64,000 bases of DNA from Blepharisma stoltei ATCC 30299. Its lineage: Eukaryota; Protista; Ciliophora. A model generated the notes under the pieces. That model saw only the letters and a list, made by a program, of their open reading frames with translations. It made no database searches and was not told the DNA's origin. The position numbers and the translations under genes were made by a program. Location: contig CBFDEM010000021.1 in NCBI GenBank assembly GCA_965603825.1, forward strand, positions 496,001-560,000. The letters are read 5' to 3'. Position 1 is the first letter of the stretch. Each line of letters begins with the position of its first letter. This document shows positions 25,005 to 36,300 of the stretch, one piece after another.

Positions 25005-27434
25005 ATGCTCTCAGTTCAGCCTAAACGCACAGATTCAGTCAAGTACGTAAAAGAGTTTGAAAAATATATCAGGAAAAACTATGACAAACGAACGCTAGAA
25101 ACTCTTTCTCCTTTTTTGACTGAGCTTGAACAAGCACGTAGCCAGATTACATCATCTCAGGCAAGCTCATCAGAACAAGCATCTTCAAGTCTTCAGAGTA
25201 ATGCTCTTTATTATCGGTATCTCAAAGCAATTGAGTCTAGATTGCCCGTAGCTTCCACAGATATTAAGTTCACATGGTTCGATTCTTTGGGAAAAGGAAA
25301 ATCTCAAGCCTCCAATTACTCATTAGAAAAACTAGGTGTCCTCTATAATATAGGAGCAATTTATAGCAAATTAGGTGCTGATATAGATCTTAAATCACCT
25401 GATGGCCCCAAACTAGGCTTGAACTATTTCCAAGTGGCTGCTGGATGCTTTGATGAAGCGAGAAAGCTCGCTGTTGAGCAGAGGCAAGTGACAACTGCAG
25501 ACACAAGCCCTGAGCATTTAAGTTTCCTTACAAATATTCTTATTGCCCAAGCTTACTTATGCATGTATGATAAATTAGACAAGACAACAGCCAGTAAAGT
25601 CAATTTATCAAAACTTTCTCAGACTGCCTCAAAAAACTTTGGTCAAGCTTATGAACTAGCTTTAAATGAAATTTTATCACGTAGCGTTCCTGATGAAACT
25701 AGATTGTCCCTTCGATATCAACAGCTAGTTTATTCTGCAGCAGCGAGATATTGGATTTCTTTCATTGAAAGGGAGCAAGGCTCAAAAACAGGCAAAGGCT
25801 TTGGAAAAGGTGTAGCGAGGCTGAGATCAGCTTACGATGCCATTCAAAAAGCTATGCAAATAAAAGGAATCCGAGGGCCTATGCTTGATGTTGGTAGAAA
25901 TCTTTTAACCTTAATCGCCAATGAAAAAGAAAGCGCTGAACAAGATAATATGAGAGTTTACATTGACAATATCCCAGATCATTTTACATTGTCAGACCCA
26001 GAAGACGTCAATATGATTCAGCCTAAATTTCCGCCAATGGTTGATATAATGTCACCTATTGCAGGCCAGGATGTCTTAGAAATTTTGGTTTCCCCAGAAG
26101 TTTTGCAACGAATTGCTGAATATAAAGATATTTTGCAAACGATAAATATAGAGGAAAATGAAAAAGCTGGATTAATCACTCGAGAAATTTCGCAAAATTT
26201 AGAAGCGATGAATTTGCCTCATAAATTAGATGCAACATCAGGGGAAAATGGAATTCCTGAAGCTGTATGGAAAAAAATCCAAAACATTCAATCACAAGGT
26301 GGTGTTAATCAATTGGAGCAATCCTTTAACAATGTTATGACATTAAATGCAAATAATGCCAAATATTGTGTCGAACTAGAAGGAAATTTAACTAGAGAAG
26401 CCCAAGAAGATGCCACTCTTAGAAACAATCACGGATCAAAATGGACAAGAATTCCAAGCAATGAAGCAAATGCCCAGTTAAAGCACGAGCTAAACACGCT
26501 CAGAGTAAAACTTGCACAAGCTAACGAAATTGACCAAAAAAATAAACAAATGTTTGACAGGAGTCAAGGGAACTTAAATTTATTGAAAAAGAGCAGAAGC
26601 GAGCTTGATGTCGAGCTCCCAAGTGGGAACTCTTTGAATGGGCAAAGATCTCAGAGTGCTTCTAGTTTAAGTGAAGCATTAAAAACACTGGAAACCCACC
26701 AGAAATTGCTTCATGAAAAAATGACCGAGCTTGGATCAAGTATAGAGCAAGATAATATTACAGAGTCTTTAATTAGAATGGAGGAAACTAAAATGAATAA
26801 AGAAAGCGTGTTCAATCAAGAAATTTTGAAATTCAGGCCAATTAGAGAAGAAATAGATAGGGCGATTGCTGATCTTAGAAATGATTTAGAGCTTGTAAGA
26901 AAATGCAACAGCGTTTTTGATAGTGACCGTACAAATTCCCAGGGAAATCCTGCAAGAATTGAGTTTCTACAAAGAGTTGAAGATGCTAGCAAAGTATATT
27001 ATGAGTTGACAGGAAACATTGCTCAAGGCATCCAATTCCATTCAACTTTATCAAGACATCTATCAGTTTTGCATCAGAAAATCCTTGAATATGTCAATGC
27101 AAGAACTGCTGAAAAAAATTCACTACTTGGAGGTCTTGAGAAACAAAATAAGGGACCAGTTCAGCAAATTCCATATGGAATGAGCCAAGCTCAGCCACAA
27201 GCATATTTCCCTCAGCCATCAGCATATCCATATCAGCAAGGAGCTTTTCAGCAACCGCCTCCTTATTTTCCACCAGGAACTTATGCGCCTCAGCAGCCTG
27301 GATATAATCCATCTGCACCTTTTATGCCTCCAGCTTTTCCTGGATATCAGCAGCCGCCTGGGCAGTTTCCACCTCCTGGAGGATTTATGCCACCTGGTAG
27401 TTATTTCCCGCAGCAGCCTCCATATCATAAATAA
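25005..27434 (+). CDS. BRO1/ALIX-like ESCRT adaptor
   Basis: BRO1 domain (FTWFDS, EKLGVLYNIGA, DNMRVY), V-domain coiled coil and Pro-rich tail. Confidence 0.9.
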   Translation: MLSVQPKRTDSVKYVKEFEKYIRKNYDKRTLETLSPFLTELEQARSQITSSQASSSEQASSSLQSNALYYRYLKAIESRLPVASTDIKFTWFDSLGKGKSQASNYSLEKLGVLYNIGAIYSKLGADIDLKSPDGPKLGLNYFQVAAGCFDEARKLAVEQRQVTTADTSPEHLSFLTNILIAQAYLCMYDKLDKTTASKVNLSKLSQTASKNFGQAYELALNEILSRSVPDETRLSLRYQQLVYSAAARYWISFIEREQGSKTGKGFGKGVARLRSAYDAIQKAMQIKGIRGPMLDVGRNLLTLIANEKESAEQDNMRVYIDNIPDHFTLSDPEDVNMIQPKFPPMVDIMSPIAGQDVLEILVSPEVLQRIAEYKDILQTINIEENEKAGLITREISQNLEAMNLPHKLDATSGENGIPEAVWKKIQNIQSQGGVNQLEQSFNNVMTLNANNAKYCVELEGNLTREAQEDATLRNNHGSKWTRIPSNEANAQLKHELNTLRVKLAQANEIDQKNKQMFDRSQGNLNLLKKSRSELDVELPSGNSLNGQRSQSASSLSEALKTLETHQKLLHEKMTELGSSIEQDNITESLIRMEETKMNKESVFNQEILKFRPIREEIDRAIADLRNDLELVRKCNSVFDSDRTNSQGNPARIEFLQRVEDASKVYYELTGNIAQGIQFHSTLSRHLSVLHQKILEYVNARTAEKNSLLGGLEKQNKGPVQQIPYGMSQAQPQAYFPQPSAYPYQQGAFQQPPPYFPPGTYAPQQPGYNPSAPFMPPAFPGYQQPPGQFPPPGGFMPPGSYFPQQPPYHK

Positions 27435-27541
27435 AAAGAATAATTTCATATACAGCTATTTTTTATTTTTCATAATAAACTTAACATGAGGAGCTCGACA
27501 TTTTATTTTCTTATCAATCCATAGATTTCTATTCTTATTAA

Positions 27542-29122
27542 TTAATGTTGTCTATTTAATTGACGGACATTAATTCCGACCTGCTTGAAATAAGATAAAA
27601 CTTGCTTCGGGATTTCACCAAGAGCTTCTTTTGCTAATAGCATAGGCTCAGACCTGAATTTTCTGAAAGGCACAAATTGAACAATGTCTCTCAAAGCACT
27701 TTTACCATTGGAGTCTTTTAATGCATGCCTATCAGAGTCTAACTCAATTAAATTGGTAAAGTCGTCATAGCCTACACCCACAATAATAATGCTTAATGGT
27801 AAATTGCTTGCTGCTACAATTTGGTCAATTGTTTCCTTTTTATCGTGAATTTCTCCGTCAGTAAGTATTAATAAAACATGATAGACATTTCCTCTGTCAC
27901 TTTGGCATAAGAAGGCAATTCTCTTTAAAATATCACTAAAGTGGGTAGGACCATCTAATGTGATTTCTGATAAAGATCGATGATAACTGCTTAAAATGCC
28001 TTCTAAACCCTCAACATATGGATCACCTTCATTGTGATTTATTGCGAAGCAATGACTTGTTAAGCCAAACCAATTAGGAATTCCGCCAAATCCAAAGACT
28101 GGGAAGCGCTTATCGTTATCATAAGGCTCTAAAATGTCGTATAAGGCTATGATAGCCTTTTCATATTCGTTTTTTTGGCCATCTTCGTGAAGTTTGTGTA
28201 AGCTGTTGTCATTTACTACAAGCCCGTTAGAAGATGTATAGTCTATTGCAATTGAAAGATTCAAGGATATTCCGCCTTTGATGTAGTCGATAAAGCTTTC
28301 AGCTTCTGTGATATTGACTTCGTCGACCTCAATTTGTCCAACATTGACGTTTTTCTTTTTTTCAATATACTTTGGATTAATAAGCTGAAATCTTGCATGA
28401 GGCTGAAGAATATGTTTAGCTTTTGCTTCAAATAATCCAATCAATTCTCTTGTGGACTCATCATCATAATCATAAACTTCAAACTTCATTTCTGTCTCCA
28501 AATTTGACCTGCAGAAATTCGACAACCCCATCAAAATCGGTGCCCATTCCGGATTTAAATTATCCTGTATAACTTCTGACTCATACACAATAATCCACTC
28601 ATTTGTATCACTTTTCCTATAAATCCTGAAAAAAGGGTCACTTTTCGAGAAGGTGTCTTTATCTTCTAAATTCAATCCTTTGAACTGGAGAACTACATTT
28701 TGTTTAGAAATGATGTCTTCTTCGCCTATTATAATAAGTTTTCCAGAAGGCTGCTCTGTTGGCCCATGAATTAATTCTAATTCGAAATGTGGGACTTTGA
28801 CTACGGATCCAATCTTGACTTCAGCGCTTCCAATGATTTTTCTTCCAGTTGCATCATTATCGAAGACTTCGAGCTTTATGAACTGCTTTGAACCAAATTT
28901 ATAATCAACTTGAAGAGGTGTGATCCATTTTGGCTCATGTGTTTCGTTAATGATTTCAGTCGTCCCTAAAAGAACCCACTCTGTGCTGGGTTGCGTTTGC
29001 AGAGCTGCTACGCAGTTGAGGTGAGGGTCTGAGTCCAGTCTTGAGGCATCTATTGAAGCTGCGATGTGAAGCCAGATTTTTATAGAGGGTTCTTCATGTG
29101 TTGCAGCAGGATGTCGCTCCAT
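27542..29122 (-). CDS. Copine (2xC2 + vWA)
   Basis: KSDPF, AIDYTSSNG, FGFGG, LILTDG, PLSIIIVGVG and RDIVQFVPF. Confidence 0.95.
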   Translation of the reverse strand: MERHPAATHEEPSIKIWLHIAASIDASRLDSDPHLNCVAALQTQPSTEWVLLGTTEIINETHEPKWITPLQVDYKFGSKQFIKLEVFDNDATGRKIIGSAEVKIGSVVKVPHFELELIHGPTEQPSGKLIIIGEEDIISKQNVVLQFKGLNLEDKDTFSKSDPFFRIYRKSDTNEWIIVYESEVIQDNLNPEWAPILMGLSNFCRSNLETEMKFEVYDYDDESTRELIGLFEAKAKHILQPHARFQLINPKYIEKKKNVNVGQIEVDEVNITEAESFIDYIKGGISLNLSIAIDYTSSNGLVVNDNSLHKLHEDGQKNEYEKAIIALYDILEPYDNDKRFPVFGFGGIPNWFGLTSHCFAINHNEGDPYVEGLEGILSSYHRSLSEITLDGPTHFSDILKRIAFLCQSDRGNVYHVLLILTDGEIHDKKETIDQIVAASNLPLSIIIVGVGYDDFTNLIELDSDRHALKDSNGKSALRDIVQFVPFRKFRSEPMLLAKEALGEIPKQVLSYFKQVGINVRQLNRQH

Positions 29123-29416
29123 ATTATTTAGAATTATATGGGTGCTGTCAAAAACCCTATTAATTCCAAATATTTATTATGATGAGTATAATGACTATCT
29201 AAGAAAAAGCTAATAAGAACACCAAAAGATAGATAAAAAATAAATCAATAAATTATTACAATTAACTAGTTTAATAATAGAAAAAATCAGCAGAAAATAA
29301 ATAAAACAGTTAAATTGGCATCTTTTTAAATAGTGAAAAATAAGAGAAAGTGAATAATTATTTGAATGATATCACTAATTCAAGGCAAATCGGAACATCT
29401 GATAAAAAACTCATAT

Positions 29417-31594
29417 TTATGGTTTAAAAAATTTAATGTGCCCTTCATTATCAGCTACACATATTTGTGGATGCATTGGATTCCATGCTATATCATTTGT
29501 ATTTTCCCTAAATCCCCTGAGTCTCTGTAAAACTCGCATAGTTCTTATATCTCAAATGTATGCAGATTTATCTTCAGAGCCTGAGGCCACATATCTCATG
29601 CAAGGACTTACGCATGCTCCTAAATTTAATCCTGTGTTTAAATGCCCAACAAAGCAGCCAATGCTCTCATTAGGAGTTCTGATATCATATAAATTTAAAT
29701 AATTATCGCAAGCTCCAGTCAAAAAAATATTAAAAAAATCATAATTTGGCTCAATATAATCGCTGCCATTATAAAACCTTATTGTGTTTATAGGTTTTCT
29801 ATGAATTGTAGGAATTGACAAAATTTCCATATCTTTGTCAACATCCCAGACTGAAATAATTTTATTGCTACCAGCAAAAAGCATTAAGTGTGAATAAAAT
29901 GAATTATGACAAGCAAATTTTGAGATGTTTTGAGCTGATGGATGGACCATATTGTGGACTTCTTTATAGGAGCATTTGGCTTGAAGCCTCTTTATATCAT
30001 CTTTGTAATGAGGATCTCTTAGCTTATAGCGATACAATGATATATGAGAGCCTTGGCTTGCCGCAATAAATTTGTCAACAAAGTAGAATTTCACATCAAA
30101 AAAATCACCAAGGATTGATAATAGGCATTCACCAGGCTTATTACTACTGGTTCCCCATAATTTAATAGTATTATCTAAAGAACTTGTCAGTATATACTTG
30201 CAATCAGAATTTCAATTAACAGATGTAACTGGCCCCTCATGTCCTACTAATGGGATTCTTTCTCCTTTGTATTTTGATATTGGAAGTTTCACTATAAAAG
30301 CAGCATCGTTTCCACAAGTGGCTAATTTTGTGGCATCTTGGCTGTATTGGATATTAAAAATAGGACCATTATGAAGTGGAGCGTCTTTGGGAAATAAATT
30401 TTCTTCTTGAAGATTAGAAGGAGGAGGAAGATGAGTTGGATAAATATATTTTTTTGATAGTAAATTTTTTGTTTTTTTTATTGGCTTTTGCTTGATGCCA
30501 TAACCTGAAGATTTTATTTTCTTATGGAAAGTTACTGGCTTGTCTTGGATCTTTTGCTTTTTTGATTTATTAGGTAGTTTGGGGTTGGATGTATTAAGGA
30601 TACGACTTGTAGGCTCAAAATTCATTACAACTGTTATATCTTGCTGAGGAGTTTCTAGAGATAAAGCTTCTTCCTCAGTTTTTTCATTTTCTTCATAAAC
30701 TGGACTTGGAGATTCTTCTTCAAAATCACTCGAGTAGTTATCTTCTTCAGATTCACTCAAAGTGTATAAAGTTGCTAAAGATTTTAATGGGTGTGCAATT
30801 AAACAATGCGTTTCTATAAAATTTATGTGACAAGCAAAATTTTCTAAAGGAAATGATAGAATAATTTCTTCATTGCAAAATACTGCTATTGATAATGGAA
30901 ATCCTACAAAAATAAAATCCTTAAATGAATAAAGAGAGACTATTGTAAGCTCATTTTCCTCATGGTCCATAATTTCATATAAATTAATCTTCTCATTGAT
31001 TCCATTGTCATAATTTCTTATTTTTCCATCTGCACAGCCAAATAATAAAAAATCACCTTTACCTATTGAAATTGTCAGAAAATTTTCTCATAAAATTTCT
31101 ACTTGTGTACTAATATCAATTATTAAAATACTTTGATCATTCAATAAGGCAACCAATTTATTTTTAGAAATAATTGATTCGATAGGTTTTTCTCTTTGGT
31201 TTGCTATATTGAATATAATGCTACCATCTAAATTATAACCTAAAAAGCAATCATCAGCATAGCCAATAGCTAAATTATTTGATAATGACAAAGCTATAGG
31301 ATTTGATACTCCTCTTCATAGTAATAATTGACTTTCTAAGTGTTTATGCGTTGGTTGATCACAAGTTTCATGAGTCTTTAGATCTCATAGGAGTAAAGAA
31401 TTACCGATTGCTGCTAAAATAAGAGAGTCATCTAATATAGCAGATGAAGGCATTGAAGGTAAATACAAAAATAATTTAAATGAGCTTCCAGAAAGACTGT
31501 AGACAGTTGAATCTATTAGAAAATGAGTCGAAGTTAAAGAGATAAGCTTATTTGAAAATTGAAATGCCCCGGCTTGCTCAATGTTAAATGCCAT
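29417..31594 (-). CDS. WD40-repeat protein, WDR27-like
   Basis: Four track ORFs in one frame; TGA falls at WD Trp positions (AYI-W-D); DKPVTFHKKIKSSGY motif. Confidence 0.8.
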
Positions 31595-31627
31595 TTCTAT
31601 TAAATAGTTGAAATGTGCATTATTTAT

Positions 31628-32269
31628 TTAATTTTTAGTAAACGAAAAAATATAAATATTTTTATCATTCTGTAGCAGCTCCCTGGCAAATCCTTTTGCT
31701 TCACTAATTTTTAATAATTCTTCATATACATTTCTTGCCCTGACGACATAACATAAAATGAATCTCCCATCATTTTCTAATAGCTTTTCAACAGTCCTAA
31801 ACAGTGGTTCAATGCTATGTATTCCATAAATGCACTCAGCGCCAATAATTATTGAATATTTGATTGGCAAATGCTTTTCCTCTAAACATGCTAAATTGTT
31901 TTCTTCATCCCAATCAATTTTGCAAACTTCAGCATTGCATGTAGAAAATTGTTTATTTTTCTCTAAAAGATTTACAACTACATCAATGCCATCAGTAAAA
32001 ACTATTTTGCTGCAAAATCTTGAGGCAACAAGACCACAAAATCCAGAACCTGCCCCAAGTTCAATGACTTCTTTTCCACTTATACACTCTGAATGATTGA
32101 TAAAATAATTAGATAATGCAATTGCACCAGGCCACAAAATTTGCCCAGTAAGATCATAGTCTGTTGTGGCTGAAGGCAATGCATAGAATTTCTGTGTGAA
32201 ATTTCCTAAAGACTCTTCATAAAGCCTATATTCTTCACATATAAAAAAGCCTTCAGGAATTCCTTCCAT
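31628..32269 (-). CDS. Family-16 (METTL21/23-like) protein methyltransferase
   Basis: TGQILWPGA, VIELGAGSG, FTD and IIGAECIY. Confidence 0.85.
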   Translation of the reverse strand: MEGIPEGFFICEEYRLYEESLGNFTQKFYALPSATTDYDLTGQILWPGAIALSNYFINHSECISGKEVIELGAGSGFCGLVASRFCSKIVFTDGIDVVVNLLEKNKQFSTCNAEVCKIDWDEENNLACLEEKHLPIKYSIIIGAECIYGIHSIEPLFRTVEKLLENDGRFILCYVVRARNVYEELLKISEAKGFARELLQNDKNIYIFSFTKN

Positions 32270-32379
32270 TTTAGACTTATTTATATATAATCAATTAGGC
32301 TATTTATGAAATAAAATGATAAATTGGAAAAATATTAGTAAAAAAGCACTATAAGTTTTATTAAATTCAATACGTCATC

Positions 32380-32750
32380 TTTTTCTACTTCTGCTCCCCC
32401 ATATATCCTTATCTAGCTCTGTTCTGGCTCCATTTACTTCCTATCCTTTAACCTTCAAGTCGTAAGACATTGATCTGACTTATGTATGGTCGTCATTAGT
32501 CTGAGCCATCTAGCACTTCTCCAATCTACTTGGTTATATAAGCCAGTAATTTATCTTCGATTTCGTATTTTCCTCTTTCTCAGACTTGTCTTCATCAAAA
32601 TCTTTCTGATCTACCTTATATTTCAAGTCCACCTTCGATTACCATAGTTTTATCTTCAATCTGGTCAATTTCTTTCATAGTATCCTCAAACTATCATAAC
32701 AGCTTATTTCCTCACCAGAATCTCATAATCCTCGATGCTCAGCTCATGGC
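32380..32750 (-). pseudogene. Possible decayed retroelement fragment
   Basis: Purine-rich minus strand, less AT-rich than normal spacers, with a stop-riddled frame; only a vague resemblance to an APE endonuclease. Confidence 0.25.
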
Positions 32751-33338
32751 AAATTTAATTTTGGCTCACCCTTTTGGTTTCATCCACCAAAAAAATTAAT
32801 AGCCCAAAATATGCATCATTTGTCGGAAGATTTATTCGCACACATATGAACCCCAATAGCTAAATTCAGCGCAAAATTAAAATGCTAGTTGATATTTCAA
32901 ATACATAAACTCAAATTTTGAATAAAAATGGCGAACAAGTGCTGCCAAATAATAATTGCAAAGCATTATAGATTTCTCTGGGGACCTGGGGTTTAGCATG
33001 TTGCGATGAAAACTAGTGATATTATTTGGGCAATCAAGCAGCCAAGGGGATGAGGAACAAAATTTTTAGAAGTCCCACAGAACTAGTATAGAAAATTAAG
33101 AAAAAGGCTTGAAAAAAGCGTTGTGAATATAGAGGAGGATTTGCAAAAATATAATAGATTAGCAATTGAAACTTTAAAGCTTTATTTGAAGTAATTGAGC
33201 ACGAGCAATAAAAAAATTTTGTGTAGCTTTATGGAATGTTTGCCATTTTCTTTATAAAAATCTGTCTAGTTAGATGCAATAAATGATTTATCTATAATTT
33301 TCGTCAAAATTAATAGTGAATATTGAATCATATAATAT

Positions 33339-36300
33339 ATGTCAAACCTTGAACAAAGATATCCGTCACTTCAATTAAGAGGCTCAACCGCTTCATATTC
33401 GCATAAGAGTCCAGATTCACATCTCGTTCCCTTTTTACTCCGAAACTCAAACGAAAGTGACACATCAAGATCTAACGACTCTGAAAGCCACCTAATTCGA
33501 GAATGAGTTATTAAAAATCCAAATGTTTATAAAATACTGCAAGAAAAGTCAAACTATCCAAGCTCTAAATCGTCCCTAAATATTTCAAAAGCAGGCAAAG
33601 GTGCAAGCATTTCAAATCACCTCGAAAACTCTTCTCAAATTTCAGAAATTTCTGGAGTTTTGGAATCAGGATTTCTTGACAAACCCGATGAGCCTTTCTG
33701 CACTTATCCGAATTGTTTAGAAAGAGCTGAATTTATTTGCAAATGCACAGATAAAAGCAATCTTATCTAGAATCAAGCGGTCATCCCGCCGACGATCCTT
33801 ATGGATCGATTTTTATTCATGTCGTTATTTTCCTCTGAGTCATCACTGGTGCATCCTTGAATGTGATATGCATTGCAGCTCTTTCCTTGAGTATCTCCAT
33901 ATGGTACAGCTTGACAATTCTATCTATCTCCTGAACTACGTCCCTTTTACCCCTTTCTATTCAACTGTAAGCTATCCTTTCATATCTGCAACTACATAAT
34001 AATATGTCCAGTAATTTAACATTTCCTGCATCTTCTACTTCTTCATCTTCATCTCTTGCTGATCCTGCGTTATCTCCATTTGATCAGTATATTGGTGCGG
34101 CTAGATTTGTCGGTGTACGTTGTGGATCTTCCTGTGTGGATTGCACTGGCCTAGACTGTTTCATCTCCATCTGTGAGTCTGCTACTACTCAGTCCTGTTC
34201 CATCCATCCCTGAATCATGTCTTCCAAGTTCAACTCATCCAGTTCTAAAACTGGTTGTAGTTCCTGCCACGGGTGCAGCGTTACTTGCGTTACCTGCTCA
34301 GTTTGCAGTACTTGTAATGGATGCATCTGCTGTGTTGGATGCGGAGAGTGTGTTGATTGAGATGGAAGTGGTGCCGGATGTGTCGATTGCATCATTAGTA
34401 GTGTTTGTGCTAAGTGTTGTGCCCCTGTCGATTGCAGCGGTTGTGGAGATTCTGAACGTATTGGTTGTTTCAGCTGAGGTGCCTGTATCGGTCGTGCTAG
34501 GTGTGTAGCCTGTAAAGGTTGCGATGGGTGCAGTGGTTGCGGCACTTGTATTGTCGTCTGTGTCGAGTGTAGCGTCTGTGATGATTGCAATGACTGTAGT
34601 ATTCCAGAATGTAGTGTCTGTATCGGTTGTGATACTTGTAATAATTGCAATGGATGTAATGAATGTGGCACATTTTGTTCTTGTATTGAATGCTGTATTT
34701 GTTTTGACTGCAGTGACTCTGAACATAACGATTGTACTGTTTGTGGAGCTTGTAGCGGTTGTGGTGGGTGTAGTGACTGTGATGCACTTGTCGTTTGTGC
34801 TGAGTATTGCACCTGTACTGTTTGCAGTGACTGTGGCGATCTTGAGCGTGATGACTGTACCTGTGTCGACTGCAGTGGTTGTGGCGTTTCTAAGTGTGGT
34901 GGCAGTTGGTCTGATTGTGAAGACTGTAACGTCCGTAAATTTCGTGGAGTTTGTGTTGGGTGTTGCAACTGTATCGCCTGTGGTGTATGTGACGGGGTTG
35001 TAGCCTGCGGTGCAAGCGATGACTGTGCTTGTGTTGAGTGTTGCATCTGTAATGATTGCATTGACTGTAGTGAATCAGAGTGTGGTGTCTGTATCGGTTG
35101 TGATACCTGTAGTAATTGCGAAGGATGCATTAGTACTTGTGTTGAATGCTGTACTTGCTTTGGTTGCAATGATTGTTGTGATTCTAAATGTGACAGCTGT
35201 ATTGTTTGTGGAGCCTGTAATGATTGTGTTGGGTTTAGTGACTGTGATGCACCTATCGCTTGTGCTGAGTGCTGCACCTGTACTGCCTGCAGTGATTGTG
35301 ATGACTTTGGGTGTGATGACTGTACCTGTGCTGAATGCAGTGACTGTGGCGATTTCAGGTGTAGTGGCAGTTGGTCTGATTGCGGGGATTGTAACGACTG
35401 TATATTTTGTGGTGTTTGTGACGGATGTTGCAACTGTACCGCTTGTGGTACATGTGGTGGATCTATAGTCTGTGGTGCAGGGGGTGGTTGTGCCTGTGGT
35501 GAGGTGGGTTGTGGGGTCTGTCAATTTCGCAGTAGCGGGGCTATTTCTTCCTCGGCCAATCCTTGTAACGCCTTTACGATCCCTTCTATCATCTCTTTCC
35601 TGTGGCCAGCGTATAATGGGCAGTCTACGAGTATGTGTTCTTCAGATTCTGCTATTTCGCATGTCGTACATTTGGGGTTGCTACATAAGTGTCTGGTGAA
35701 CGCGCATTCATTGCTGCTATTGAAGCCTGCTCTCATCCTATGCATTGCTCCTATCGCAGTTTCCATGTGTGAGTTCATAACCACATAAAGAGCGATTTGC
35801 GTTGTTTCCATTCCTTCAGTTGCTCATCTGTAGAGCTTTGTTGTTTTGAATGTTTCTTTTCGCAGCCTAGACTCCAGTTCTAATTGGTTCAGCCTTTTCA
35901 TCGCCTCTTTTAGAGTGTTTTTCCACGTCTTTGCATCTATCAGCTTAATTTGTCTACTATTGTATCTGTGCATGTCTAGTTCTACCAGGTACATATTTGC
36001 CCTATTTTCCCAACCGGTCCTAGTGGGACAATTCTTGTTTGGGCTCCGTGTCTGACTGCTATCTTTCCCGAATCTAGCGCCTTCTTCTTTGCTTGACTAC
36101 TGGTGAAGATTACCATCGCATCACCAGATGGCAATTGTCTGCACCGCAAAATCTCCCCCGGTTTGGTTGCTTGTTCCAGCGCAAGCATCAGTGCTGAATA
36201 AAGCTCCCTTTTACTAGCTAGGTCATCCTTCCTTGCATATTTCGATAAGTACACTTTAATGGCATGCTCAAGCAGATGATTTTCTTGTATTTCCGGCAGT

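Noticed and set aside
34255-35520. CRISPR-like or telomeric array
   Set aside because: No constant repeat with unique spacers and no telomere-type unit; it is a degenerate codon-periodic repeat.
34173-35699. Val-rich (+) and Thr-rich (-) ORFs over the repeat
   Set aside because: They are broken by TAG/TAA several times and are shadows of the periodic repeat.
36000-36020. Programmed -1 frameshift (GGGAAAA) or tiny intron linking the element's two ORFs
   Set aside because: The heptamer is in the wrong phase for X_XXY_YYZ slippage from the first ORF, and the only nearby GT-AG (13 nt) leads to the wrong frame. A deletion junction is simpler.
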